Shown here one piece after another: positions 27,989 to 39,000 of a stretch of 64,000 bases of DNA. The position numbers were made by a program, and so were the translations under genes. The first letter of the stretch is position 1. The number at the start of each line of letters is the position of its first letter. The stretch is taken from the NCBI GenBank assembly GCA_024225195.1, contig JAAEMV010000181.1:312-64311 (forward strand), in the 5' to 3' direction. This DNA is from Planctomycetaceae bacterium. GTDB taxonomy: Bacteria > Planctomycetota > Planctomycetia > Pirellulales > Pirellulaceae. The notes below the pieces were generated by a model. It did not search any database, was not told the origin of the DNA, and was given only the letters and a program-made list of their open reading frames with translations.

Positions 27989-30900
27989 ATGAAGTCTCGC
28001 AAAAAAAAGACGCTTCCTATCCGTGCAAAAAGATACCGGGACAAAGGAGGTAAGAGTTTTGACTACAACAATCTTGAACCTCGGCAGTTGTTGGCGGCAG
28101 ATCTTGGCCAGTTTCCGACGGTAGCGGTCGGGAACGACATGGTCGAGGTAATCAACCCGGCGATGTTAACAACTCAACAAGACGCTTCGGCAAACAATGA
28201 TTACTCTGTCGAAAACTACCACACGATGGATGCAAGTTTGCTTCCGACCGTAAATTACGTCGGCACAACCGATTTGCTTGTATTTGACGAACCCCTTTCG
28301 AAAGCTGATGGAATCACGATGCTTCGAGAGCATCTTGGATTGGGTGAAAACGAGTCGATCAAATTGCAGAAATCATGGAGCGATGCCTATGGGTTTGAGC
28401 ACGCGAAATATCAGCAATATTTTAATGGACACCGCATTCAAGGAAGCAGTTATTCGATCCACATGAAGGATTCGATGATTGTCTCGGTTAGTGGTGATCG
28501 AGTCGCGATCGAGAATCCCATTTCCGATATTTCGTTAAACAACGACCAAGCTTATGCACTTGCGGCGGGGTTCATTGGAGCAGAACAATACGCTTGGCAG
28601 GATCCAATACGCGCAGGCCAAATGGGGCTTGTGGGAACACCAGCTGGCGAGATTGTCTACGTAACCAACGCAGACGGTTCGAGCATACCCACCTATAAAT
28701 TTGACATGTATGCCCTTGATTTAGGGACTCGAGATTATGTTTACGTCAATGCAAATAGTGGTGTCATTGAAGCGGTTGAGAGTCGGATGAAGTTTGCCGA
28801 TGTCGCAGCGACTGGAGACAGCCACTACAACGGCGTAGTCGATTTCATTGCTGACGAATTTGGTACCGGTCAATTTCGGCTCCAACAGGTCACCGATGGT
28901 GTGATCACCTTTGACAATCAAACTGGCGCCGTAGATGATTTTACCAATGCGATTGACATTACTTCGAGCAGCACGCTGTTTGATTCTCCCAATGCAAAAT
29001 CAGGGGTGTCTGCACACTGGGGTGCCGAAAATATGCTGTCCATGCTTGAGGATTGGTTTGGTCGAGATTCTTACGACGACGCTGGTGCAACATTGACTTC
29101 CTATGTCAATGTAAGCAACAACCTTGTGAATGCATTTTGGAATGGTTCCGAGATGCAATACGGAGAAGGCGATGGGGTTGATTTTGGGCCACTCGTTTCT
29201 CTGGACGTTGTTGGTCATGAAATCGCTCATGGAGTGACCGAATTTTCGGCCGACCTAGTATATCGAAACGAACCTGGCGCGCTGAACGAGTCGTTCTCTG
29301 ACATCTTCGGTGAGGTTCTTGAATTTTACACGACTGGTACCAACGACTGGCTGATTGGAGATGAGCTTCACTTTGCTGGCGATGGAATCAGGAATTTTCT
29401 CGTTCCTAATTCAGACAATCAACCTGATACTTACCTAGGGGATTTGTGGTGGACGAGTCCCGGAGACAATGGCGGCGTACACTTTAATTCTGGAGTTCAG
29501 AACAAGTGGTTTCACATTTTAAGTGCCGGTGAAGTTGGTACCAACGATAATGGTGATGACTACGATGTTACCGGCATTGGAATCGAAGATGCTGCTCAAA
29601 TCGCTTATCGGGCACTCAACACGTATTTGTCTGTGAATTCCCAGTATCAGAATGCTCGGGCGGCTGGCGTGCAGGCCGCTGAAGATATTTTTGGTAAAAA
29701 TTCGCCAGAGCACACCGCGACCAAAGATGCATGGGATGCAGTTGGTGTTTACTCCGAAGACGTAGCTATTGAGACGGTGGATGAGGTCTTCCCCGGTTCA
29801 ATGATTTACGCTTCAAGTGTCGTCGGAACGATTCCGGAAATTGGTGCGAGAAATCTTGTGATTGAACTCGATGCGGGCCAAACATTGTCGGTCATCGTCG
29901 ACGCTGATCCGGGAATCGCTCCAAGTATTGATGTCTACGATCCAGCGGGAACCTTACTTGCCTCGAGCACGGCGACAGGGGTTCGTGCGATGGTGAATGT
30001 TGTCGCGATTGCCGATGCGGGGGAATACACCATTGAGATTGATTCGACCAACGGGGTTAACGGTGGCTTTCAGGCACAGGTTGTACTCAATGCTTCGATG
30101 GAAGATGAGTTGGTCACTTTGGTCGATAACGGATCATTGGCTCAGGCTCAGGATATCATGAGTTCTAGCATGGATCTTGCACCTTTTGCTGCCGAGCGGA
30201 TGGGCGCTTTTGGCGAGTTTGAAATTCGTGAGATTCCTTTCTTTGCCGGAGAGAATTTTGAATCAGGTGAATTTGGTAGCGGCTGGACAGCGACCTCGAC
30301 GCAGTCCGAAGGGCGTATTCAAATCATCGACAGCCTTGCGACAGGTGAAGGTAGTTTTGGAATGTTCATGGACACCACCGGTACAGGATTTTCAAACTTA
30401 AATGAAGCCATTTGGTCGGTCGATTTATCCACACGCTCGAACCCGTTCATTAACTTTTACCATGTCAGCTATGACGATGAGAATGATGTGCTTCCTGCCT
30501 CATTCAATGGAACGTTTAATGGTGATGGTGTCTCGGTAAGCGACGACGGAATAACCTGGCACACCATTTTGACCGATAGCGTGACGGATAGTGGCGACTG
30601 GAAGCAGCTCTCAATCAATCTTGGTGATTTGGCTGAAACAGTTGGACTGCAGTTAACTGAAGATTTTCAAGTGAAATTCCAGCAATACGATGACGATATG
30701 CTGGGGTCTGATGGACGAGCCTACGACGGTATCAGTATCACTGAAACTGAAAAGTCGGAAGATTGGTATCAGGTTAATTTGACCGCAGGTGATGTTGCGA
30801 CGTTTGCAGTTGGACAACTTGGCGATGCGGGCTATGTCGATCTGGAACTTTACGATTCGGCTGGGATGCTTCTGCAGACCGGTGCTTCGGGTTCGGGGTC

Positions 30901-32647
30901 GGATGGGCATATCAGCCAATTTGTAGCTGACCAAACCGATGCTTACTTTGCCCGCCTTGTCGGATCGGTTACTTCCTACGGACTCGTCGTGACGAAGGGC
31001 GCTGATTTCGACACGGGATCTAGTTCCACAACACCACAAGATATCACTCTGCCGGGTCATGTTGTCGGTTACATCGATACTGTTTCTGAAGGAGTTGCCG
31101 ACCCGGACGCGGCTTCGGATCGCCAAGTAATGGATAACTTCTTTGATGGAATGACGCTATCAAATAATATCACTGGCGGAAGTGTTTATGCGGTCCGTAC
31201 AAGTTTCGATGCTCCCTCAGGTTTACATGTGTTTGCTCCGTCTCCAACCAATGGATCTGGCTGGCAGGCAGGTGTTGATGAGCTTCGAGCTGATTTTGCG
31301 ATTCCACAAACGGATGTGACAATTCTGGTGGGGGCAGAAGAGAGCGAAACTGATATGGGAGTAATTCGTGCCTATGATGTCGAGGGTGTCGAGATCGATG
31401 AGGCGTTCAGTCGTCCGTTGAATCCAGGGGAAACTCAAGTGATTCGAGTTAACAGTCCGACGCGTCAGATTGCTTATATCGTTGCGAGCGGTTTTCAAAA
31501 TGACGTGACTCCGCTGGACACGATTAGTTACGAGGTGCCACAGGAAGCGGCAGATTATTATTCAGTCGATGTTCAGCCAAACAATTTGGTGAATATTGCT
31601 GCGACGTTGCCGGGAGCGGGTGAGTTCTTGTTCAAAAATGGCTTGTTGGATGGCGGAGTTAGCCAACTGCAAATCGAATTAATATCTCCCAACGGTACAG
31701 TAGTGGCCGCTGGCGATGAAGTTTTGGATTACTACTCCGAATTTGGCGGAACCTATCAAGTACGAGTTAGCGCCTTGGCAGGTGAAGGTAATTATGTATT
31801 AGGGGTAACCGCTGGGGAGGAAACCGGGCGGTTTAATCTAGGAGATCTTGGATTTGGTGTGGCGGTCACAGATTCCGCCACCGGTACCGGGTACTTGATG
31901 TATTCAGTGGAGGACCTTTTCACGAGATTTAGTTCGGATCAACCGTTTTACCAGAGTGCGAGACACGTAATCGCGACTCGTTTCGTTGGTGGTCAATGGG
32001 AATACAACGACAATTTTGTTTGGCGACAATTCTCAAAAGCCGACGGGGATCGCTTGATTGCCGAAGTCGATTTTAGCAATGATACGGTAACTTCGATGGA
32101 TGGCGTTTTCGGTTCGGTTGGCGGTATTCAAAAAGGATTCTATGAATCGGACATTACTTTCGAAGCGAATAGCTGGAGATCGAGTTATAACTTCGGAGAG
32201 TTTGGAATAACGGGCACGTTTTTTAAAGCAACGGAAGCAATGAGGTATGGAATCGGCGATTTAAATTACGGAATTGCGGTGGATGATGTTGCGACTGGGA
32301 CTGGATACTTAATGTATTCCGAGAGTTTGTTATCCACTCGATTCGCGGCAAACCCAGTGTTTAGCCAGTCATCAACTAACTTGGTTGCTGTTCGCTTTTC
32401 CGGTGGAACTTGGGAGTACAACGATAACTATGTCTGGCACTCGTTCGTCATCCAAGAGAACGACCGACTACTTGCTGAGATTGATTTTGACGCGGATTCC
32501 ATCAGTTCGCTGGTTGGAACCGATGATGTGATTGACGGCATTAAATCTGGATTTGTTGCATCCGATTTAACGTTCACTGCCGATAGTTGGCGAGGATCGG
32601 CTAATGACGGAGAGTTTGAAGTTTCCGGAACGTATTTCGATGCCTAA
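27989..32647 (+). CDS. Giant secreted M4 (thermolysin-family) zinc metalloprotease with multiple C-terminal accessory domains
   Basis: 1552 aa. Active site VVGHEIAHGV...GALNESFSDIFGE (HExxH + E of M4). FTP/PepSY-like propeptide region. Three pre-peptidase-C-terminal-like modules (DWYQVNLTAGD..., DYYSVDV...). Two terminal 134-aa repeats. Basic N-terminus with LEPRQLLAA. Confidence 0.92.
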   Translation: MKSRKKKTLPIRAKRYRDKGGKSFDYNNLEPRQLLAADLGQFPTVAVGNDMVEVINPAMLTTQQDASANNDYSVENYHTMDASLLPTVNYVGTTDLLVFDEPLSKADGITMLREHLGLGENESIKLQKSWSDAYGFEHAKYQQYFNGHRIQGSSYSIHMKDSMIVSVSGDRVAIENPISDISLNNDQAYALAAGFIGAEQYAWQDPIRAGQMGLVGTPAGEIVYVTNADGSSIPTYKFDMYALDLGTRDYVYVNANSGVIEAVESRMKFADVAATGDSHYNGVVDFIADEFGTGQFRLQQVTDGVITFDNQTGAVDDFTNAIDITSSSTLFDSPNAKSGVSAHWGAENMLSMLEDWFGRDSYDDAGATLTSYVNVSNNLVNAFWNGSEMQYGEGDGVDFGPLVSLDVVGHEIAHGVTEFSADLVYRNEPGALNESFSDIFGEVLEFYTTGTNDWLIGDELHFAGDGIRNFLVPNSDNQPDTYLGDLWWTSPGDNGGVHFNSGVQNKWFHILSAGEVGTNDNGDDYDVTGIGIEDAAQIAYRALNTYLSVNSQYQNARAAGVQAAEDIFGKNSPEHTATKDAWDAVGVYSEDVAIETVDEVFPGSMIYASSVVGTIPEIGARNLVIELDAGQTLSVIVDADPGIAPSIDVYDPAGTLLASSTATGVRAMVNVVAIADAGEYTIEIDSTNGVNGGFQAQVVLNASMEDELVTLVDNGSLAQAQDIMSSSMDLAPFAAERMGAFGEFEIREIPFFAGENFESGEFGSGWTATSTQSEGRIQIIDSLATGEGSFGMFMDTTGTGFSNLNEAIWSVDLSTRSNPFINFYHVSYDDENDVLPASFNGTFNGDGVSVSDDGITWHTILTDSVTDSGDWKQLSINLGDLAETVGLQLTEDFQVKFQQYDDDMLGSDGRAYDGISITETEKSEDWYQVNLTAGDVATFAVGQLGDAGYVDLELYDSAGMLLQTGASGSGSDGHISQFVADQTDAYFARLVGSVTSYGLVVTKGADFDTGSSSTTPQDITLPGHVVGYIDTVSEGVADPDAASDRQVMDNFFDGMTLSNNITGGSVYAVRTSFDAPSGLHVFAPSPTNGSGWQAGVDELRADFAIPQTDVTILVGAEESETDMGVIRAYDVEGVEIDEAFSRPLNPGETQVIRVNSPTRQIAYIVASGFQNDVTPLDTISYEVPQEAADYYSVDVQPNNLVNIAATLPGAGEFLFKNGLLDGGVSQLQIELISPNGTVVAAGDEVLDYYSEFGGTYQVRVSALAGEGNYVLGVTAGEETGRFNLGDLGFGVAVTDSATGTGYLMYSVEDLFTRFSSDQPFYQSARHVIATRFVGGQWEYNDNFVWRQFSKADGDRLIAEVDFSNDTVTSMDGVFGSVGGIQKGFYESDITFEANSWRSSYNFGEFGITGTFFKATEAMRYGIGDLNYGIAVDDVATGTGYLMYSESLLSTRFAANPVFSQSSTNLVAVRFSGGTWEYNDNYVWHSFVIQENDRLLAEIDFDADSISSLVGTDDVIDGIKSGFVASDLTFTADSWRGSANDGEFEVSGTYFDA
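31829..32644 (+). repeat. Intragenic tandem duplication: two 134-aa copies of an unrecognised domain at the protease C-terminus
   Basis: Copies at 31829-32230 and 32243-32644, separated by a 4-aa linker. My hand alignment is gapless with 70/134 identical residues (ATGTGYLMYS, GG.WEYNDN.VW, DRL.AE.DF, SWR, GEF..GT.F.A). Confidence 0.9.
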
Positions 32648-32684
32648 CTCAGTAATCAGTGATCGATTGGTAACTGCTAATACG

Positions 32685-32719
32685 AAAAAACGCCCTCTTA
32701 CGAGGGCGTTTTTTTTTTG
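32685..32719. terminator. Bidirectional intrinsic terminator between the protease gene and gltA
   Basis: Stem AACGCCCTC / GAGGGCGTT with loop TTAC, flanked by A6 on the left and T10 on the right. Confidence 0.85.
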
Positions 32720-32783
32720 TTGATTCCGAAGGTCAGTTCGCTTGCCGTACTTTGAGTTAAAGAGCGACTGGAAACTGAATCTG

Positions 32784-34070
32784 TTAACGATTTTCGATCG
32801 AAACAAATTCTCGAACGTTCGGGCCATTGTAAATTTGCCGTGGACGACAGATTCGCTTTGACGGCGATTCATGCATTTCTTTCCAGTGAGCAATCCAACC
32901 GGGCAAGCGTCCCATGGCGAACAGTACAGTGAACATGCCGACTGGGATTCCCATGGCTCGGTAAATGACACCTGAGTAGAAGTCGACGTTCGGGTAAAGC
33001 TTTCGTTTTACGAAGTATTCGTCTTCTAAAGCCACCGTCTCGAGTCGCTGAGCGATTTCGAAGAGCGGATCGTCCAGATCCAGTTTGTTGAGCAGTTGGT
33101 CGCAGGCTTTCTTAATGATCTTGGCTCGCGGATCAAAGTTCTTGTAAACACGATGACCAAAGCCCATCAAACGAAAGCCGTTCTCCTTGTCCTTTGCCAT
33201 CGCAACGTATTTGTCGACGTCGCCACCATCGTCTTGAATTTGCTGAAGCATCGAGACAACCGCCTCGTTTGCTCCTCCATGGAGAGGACCCCAGAGTGCG
33301 CAAATTCCAGCCGAGATCGAAGCGAACAGGTTGGAATCAGCCGATCCAACCATCCGAACGGTCGAAGTGCTGCAATTTTGCTCGTGATCGGCATGAACAA
33401 TCAACAGCATGTTCAAAGCTTCGACGAACGTCGGATCTGCTTTGTAGGGTTCACAAGGAACGGAAAACATCATTTGAAGGAAGTTTTCACAGTAAGACAG
33501 ATCGTTTTGCGGGTAGGCAAACGGTTGACCCGCCGACTTGTTGTGACTGTAGGCGGCAATGGTGGGGAGTTTCGCCATCAGTCGCCTGATCGAGATTTCA
33601 ACCTGCTCTGGATCGTGAGGATCAAGTGAATCCTGGTAAAAGGTTGACATCGCGCTCACGACCGATGACAGGATGGCCATCGGGTGGGCATCACGAGGGA
33701 AGCCGTTGTAGAACAACCGCATGTCTTCGTGAAGCATCGTGTGGTGACGGATTGAATCTCGGAAATCCGAGAGCTCTGTTTGGTTAGGTAGCTCACCATA
33801 AATCAGGAGGTAGGCGACCTCGACGAAATCGCAGTTCTTTGCCAGTTCTTCGATCGGGTAGCCACGATATCGCAAAATCCCCTCTTCTCCATTGAGAAAG
33901 GTGATTCCGCTTTGCGTGGAACCAGTGTTTACATAGCCCTCATCAATCGTGATGAGTCCCGTTTGCTTTCGAAGAGCACTGATATCGATCGCCTTTTCAT
34001 TCTCCGTCCCTTCGACGACTGGAAATTCCAACTCATGACCTTCGCAATCAATTTTGGCCATTTTCGACAT
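32784..34070 (-). CDS. gltA: Citrate synthase (type II, hexameric-type length)
   Basis: 428 aa from ATG 34070. Conserved ADHEQNCSTSTVR, GPLHGGANE, MGFGHRVYKNFDPR. The maximal ORF extends to 34184. Confidence 0.95.
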   Translation of the reverse strand: MSKMAKIDCEGHELEFPVVEGTENEKAIDISALRKQTGLITIDEGYVNTGSTQSGITFLNGEEGILRYRGYPIEELAKNCDFVEVAYLLIYGELPNQTELSDFRDSIRHHTMLHEDMRLFYNGFPRDAHPMAILSSVVSAMSTFYQDSLDPHDPEQVEISIRRLMAKLPTIAAYSHNKSAGQPFAYPQNDLSYCENFLQMMFSVPCEPYKADPTFVEALNMLLIVHADHEQNCSTSTVRMVGSADSNLFASISAGICALWGPLHGGANEAVVSMLQQIQDDGGDVDKYVAMAKDKENGFRLMGFGHRVYKNFDPRAKIIKKACDQLLNKLDLDDPLFEIAQRLETVALEDEYFVKRKLYPNVDFYSGVIYRAMGIPVGMFTVLFAMGRLPGWIAHWKEMHESPSKRICRPRQIYNGPNVREFVSIENR

Positions 34071-34431
34071 AGATCTTGTTCCTGACGTTACGGTAAAACT
34101 CGCATTTTTATGGTATGAGAGCATGATCGGGGCGATCGCCCGCCCAGTACACTCTTTTCCGAAAAATATCTTTCGTGGCAACAAGTCTAACGGTTTTTTT
34201 CCCTGATGGAAACGTGCCCGAATATTAGGAAATATCGGTTTTACAACGAAATTGTTGTACCCAACCGGGCATTCTTCGTTGAAAACAGGTATGGCGTGGT
34301 GGCCTGTTTCAGGGGCGATGGGCGATTGGGAAAGCCATAAAGACGCTTCGTGAGCGTCGCTTCAGAGCGGTTGAAGCGGGGGCAATAAGAGAAAGTCACA
34401 AGCTGATTCAGTATCGAAGCGTCGCCGAGAT

Positions 34432-35934
34432 CTAATCTTCGTTAATGAAGTATTCTACTGGAATTTGTTTTTTAATTTTTACCAGATGTTTTCGGTAGGC
34501 CTCGGATCCTTGGGTCGATTTAATCTGCTTCTTAATTTCGGTTTGAGCCTCCAGGAATGGAGTGCGTGATGCTTCGGTTCTTTCGACCACGCGAACGATG
34601 TGAAACCCGTTTTGGGTTTCGATAATATCGCTCAAATCCCCAACTGGGGCACTGAAAAGAAAATCATTGATTTCTTTCGAAGCCAATGAACCTTTGGTCG
34701 TCCAATCGTATCTACCGCCATTGGAAGCTTTGAAGCCGTGCGAACTTGCTTTGGCAACGGCAGAAAAGTTTCCGCCATAAACGATGTCATTGCCCAAAGC
34801 CACAATTGCTTTTTCTGCTTCCTCGCGTGATTTTGAACGGTCGAAACGAATAACAATTTGCTCCCAAATACACTTTGCCGGATTTTCGTAGTCCTTGATG
34901 TTTTTGCGGTAGACATCCAGCATTTCCTGGTGGGTAATTTCTTTGCTTTTTCGAAGCTGTTGCCCGAGGAAGTACTTGGTTATCTGATCCTCTGCCCAGC
35001 TTTTCCTGTGCTGCCTCAGCGAACTTCCGAGCGCTCGCAAGTTGGCATCCAATTCGCTTTGCGATTTCAGTCCACTGTTTTTTAGCAGTTCAGGCAAAGC
35101 ACTTTTGTCAAACTGTTCTTCTGCCTGAGCGAGTACTTGTCCAAAGTCAGCACCTTCGGGAAGGGATTGAACGACACCCACGTAGAGTACTTTTGCTTCT
35201 ACGTACTTGGGTAACATCTTGGGAATTAGTTTTTTTCTTTCTTGCTCTTTTACCGATGCGGATGCCTGGGGCATGAATTGTTGGATCATTTGATTAGTTT
35301 CAAACAGAAGGTCGCCGACAAAAATCGGGTACCCGCCAACCAGTGCTAAAACTTGCCCGGGTTCAAAAGAAACAGATTCCGCTTTTATCTCTGACGTAAA
35401 ACCCGTTTGACGTTCTTCGAAAGAAGAAGTTGAATTGGTCGACGATTTTTCCTGAAGTTTGTTTTTAGGGAATGTATTTTTTGGTTTTATCGGTTGGAAC
35501 GCGCTGCTGCCACTGCTGGGCGGCATGCGAACGGGAGCAACAATTTGTTTTTGCTCTCGAATGATAGAGTTTGCCGGAGTTTGATTATCAAGGTTGAATG
35601 TGTTGCTTGGCGATTTCTTGGCTGGCACCTGACCGGTGGTCAGTGGACCTTTGGGATTAAATCCTGAAAATTCCGTGCTGGAATACGGTGACTTGACCGG
35701 CGGGTTGACTGCAGGCGGCGCGGTTTTCCCCCAAGGCACTGTGGAGGGGGTTAGCGGATTAGTTTTTGGTTTTTGGTTGGCGGTTTCGTCGAGGGAATAA
35801 TACGGGTCCGGGGTCGTTTCCAATTGCGGTTGCAACTGAACGGTCGCCCCAATGGTAAAATTCGGCACGATGAAAACGAAGGCAGAAGTTAGAAATGCCC
35901 AAACTGGTTTGAAACAGTATTGATTTTTATGCAT
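34432..35934 (-). CDS. Peptidyl-prolyl cis-trans isomerase (parvulin/PpiC-type, SurA/PpiD-like chaperone)
   Basis: Signal-like N-terminus, Pro/Ser-rich linker, SurA-N-like helical region and a C-terminal rotamase domain (…SHGFKASNGGRYDWTTKG…VGDLSDIIETQNGFHIVRV). Start set at ATG 35934. Confidence 0.8.
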   Translation of the reverse strand: MHKNQYCFKPVWAFLTSAFVFIVPNFTIGATVQLQPQLETTPDPYYSLDETANQKPKTNPLTPSTVPWGKTAPPAVNPPVKSPYSSTEFSGFNPKGPLTTGQVPAKKSPSNTFNLDNQTPANSIIREQKQIVAPVRMPPSSGSSAFQPIKPKNTFPKNKLQEKSSTNSTSSFEERQTGFTSEIKAESVSFEPGQVLALVGGYPIFVGDLLFETNQMIQQFMPQASASVKEQERKKLIPKMLPKYVEAKVLYVGVVQSLPEGADFGQVLAQAEEQFDKSALPELLKNSGLKSQSELDANLRALGSSLRQHRKSWAEDQITKYFLGQQLRKSKEITHQEMLDVYRKNIKDYENPAKCIWEQIVIRFDRSKSREEAEKAIVALGNDIVYGGNFSAVAKASSHGFKASNGGRYDWTTKGSLASKEINDFLFSAPVGDLSDIIETQNGFHIVRVVERTEASRTPFLEAQTEIKKQIKSTQGSEAYRKHLVKIKKQIPVEYFINED

Positions 35935-36044
35935 GCTGATCACGCCGTACCGGTAAAAGTCAGTTAAAAACATTGAGCGTACGCAGCAGCGTTCGCTTCG
36001 GTTCGCAACTTCCGCGCAGAAGTTGGCGGGGAAGAATAGATAAA

Positions 36045-39000
36045 TCAGGTAGCTGGTTGCAAGAGTGATTTCACGAGTGCAAGCATTTTTGTCGGGTGGA
36101 TCTTTCCTTCTTTCAAAGTCACCATCGCCGTTTGATCGTCAATAATACGAATGACCGGCCTGATTTTTGAAAGTTGTGAAAAGCGACTTCGATCCTGAAA
36201 TTTAAAGGTGAGGTATTTATCTTCCATTGAAATGGAAAGAATTTGGTAGACGGCTGCTTCTAGTTTTAATTCTGAAAGAGTGAGTAATCTTCGGACAGGC
36301 GGGGGGATTTTGCCAAATCGATCTCGGAGCTCATTACGCAGTTCTTGGATTTGGTCGAATCTTTCCAAACGAGTGAGTCGACGATAAAGGTCAATTTTTT
36401 GGCGTCGGTCTACGACGTAGCTGTCGGGAAGGAAAGCGGCAACAGGCAGATCGACTTCGACATGAATTGATAGCTTTGCCGGCATATGTTTAAGGTGTCG
36501 CACCGCATTTTCGAGAAGTTGGCAATACAATTCATAGCCGATGGTGGCGATGTGCCCACTCTGCTGGGTCCCGAGTAGATTGCCAGCTCCGCGGATTTCA
36601 AGGTCACGCATTGAGATTGCGAAACCCGCTCCCATATCACTAAACGTTTCAATTGCCTGCAGTCTTCGAGCGGCCGTTGGATTGAGGTGTTTGTGTGGCT
36701 CAATCAGAAGGTAACAATAAGCCTTGTGCTTGTACCGCCCTACCCTTCCTCGCAATTGGTGTAGATCAGAGAGGCCATACCGATCGGCATCGTTGATGAA
36801 AATAGTGTTTGCGTTGGGGATGTCGAGCCCGCTTTCGATGATCGTTGTCGCAATCAGGACGTCAAACTTTCCTGCAATAAAGTCGGTCATCACCTCTTCG
36901 AGTTCGGTTTCGTTCATTTGGCCGTGACCAAATCGAAAGGTCGCTTCTGGAACTAACGATTCGAGTTTTTGTTGAATCAAATGAATATCATTAACACGGT
37001 TGTGGACGAAAAATATTTGCCCACCTCGATTCAGTTCCCGAAGCATACCAGTTCGGATAGTTTCGTTGTTAAACCGTAGGACTTTCGTCGCAACGGCAGA
37101 TCGGTCATCAGGAGGTGTTTCGAGATTGGAGATATCACGAACGCCGACGAGCGACATATGCAGTGTGCGAGGAATCGGGGTCGCAGACATCGTGAGAACG
37201 TCGACAGAGCTGCGAATCGATTTAAGTCGTTCTTTGTGTTCGACACCAAATCGTTGTTCTTCGTCGATGATAACCAACCCAAGATTAAAAAACTTTACGT
37301 CTTTTGAAACCAAGCGATGTGTCCCAATTACGATATCAACGCGGCCTTTTTTGAGCCGTTCGACACTTTCTTTTAATTCTTGCGTGGTGCAGAAGCGACT
37401 GAGTTTTGCGATGTCCAGCGGGAATTCACCCATTCGCTCTTTGAAATTTTTATAATGCTGTTCGGCCAAAATAGTGGTGGGCACCAAAACGCCGACCTGG
37501 TATCCATTTTCTACTGCCTTGAAAGCGGCTCGCATTGCCACTTCGGTTTTTCCAAAACCGACATCTCCGCAGAGCAGTCGGTCCATGGGTTGTGCCCGTT
37601 GCATGTCCTGTTTGATCGCTTCGATTGCGGTCAACTGATCCGGAGTTTCCCGGTAGGGAAAGGAGTGTTCAAACTCGCTTTGCCACTCCGTGTCTGCTGA
37701 AAATGCGATACCAGGTCGGCCATCCCGTTTCGCTTGAAGTTCGATCATCTCGGAGGCTAAATCTTCAATCGCGGATTCGACGGAGGCCTTTTGCTTGGCC
37801 CACGACTTACCCCCGATTTTTGCCAGGGTCGGTCGAGTTTTAGAGCCGCCGATGTATTTTTGCACCAGGTCGATCTTAGTGGCGGGAACATATATCTTTG
37901 TTCCGCCATGGAACTCGAGTCCCAGGTGTTCAGTTCGCTGACCATCTTTATCGAGCATTTCCAAGCCGCGAAAGCGGCCGATGCCATGAGATAAATGCAC
38001 AATCAGATCGCCCTCGCGAAGGTCAAGAAAGCTATCGATAGCCTTGCTTAACCGACGGCGGCCCTTGCGCCGCAATTCGGTGCGATGAAACATCTGGTCG
38101 CAGCCGATTACAATTTGGAATGACTCGCGATTGCGGAATCCCTGATGAACACAGCCAAGGCCAATCTGCAGTCGCCCACCAGCGGCGGCTGCCGTCGATG
38201 AAAGGATTTCTCGTACTCTTGGGATTTCACCCTCGACCCGAGCCATCACAAAAATTTCGTATTCTTCCCCTGAAGGGTCTCGGGCGAGTCGGTCAACTTG
38301 GAGTTTCAGATCGCCAAAATCTCCACTGAAGCGTTCGACTGTATCGATCGGTAATTGATAGACCGCGCCCAAATGACCAGAGGTAACTCGACTCGCGGTT
38401 GCGGCCGGTAGTTTCGCCCAGCGACGCTTGATTTCTTCCCAACTGTGGATTGTTTCCGAACTGGAAATGCGTTCAGTGTACCTCTGCGCCTGTTCGTTCA
38501 GCGCTTCGGGTTCGAGTAAAAGCAGTAAGGTATCGTCGGGAACGAAATCCAACAAACAACCATTGACCGGTCCGTCTTGCGTGACAACCGTGATTTCAAT
38601 CTGTTGTAACTCGGCAGAGCTTCGTTGGTTGGCACACTCGAACTGTCGAAGTGACTCCACCTCGTCATCAAAGAGTTCGATACGAACGGGGTTCTCCCAG
38701 TCGGGCGCGTAGACATCTACAATCCCGCCTCGGATAGAAAATTCACCCGGCAATTCGACTGCTGAAGTTTGGTGAAATTCCTGCTCAAGTAGCCAAGTGG
38801 CGAATCCATCGATATCGATTTGATCACCAACTGAGATGCGCTTGGAATTTCCAAAGATCGATTCTTGAGAAGGAGTTGGCTGCAAAAGCGAGGGTACCGT
38901 CGCGACAATTACCGGCGCTTTATCTCCAGCGAGGAGCCCTTTAATTAAGCGGAGGCGGTCGCCGTACTCAAGGTCGAGATGCACTCCGGCACTGGAAGCC

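Noticed and set aside
33096-33629. 177-aa plus-strand ORF inside gltA, and similar long antisense ORFs at 23131-23664, 30653-31126, 55553-56005, 10349-10750 and 37000-37455
   Set aside because: All lie fully inside, and antisense to, strongly supported genes. They have skewed low-complexity or R/S/P-rich composition and lack motifs. These are classic shadow ORFs.
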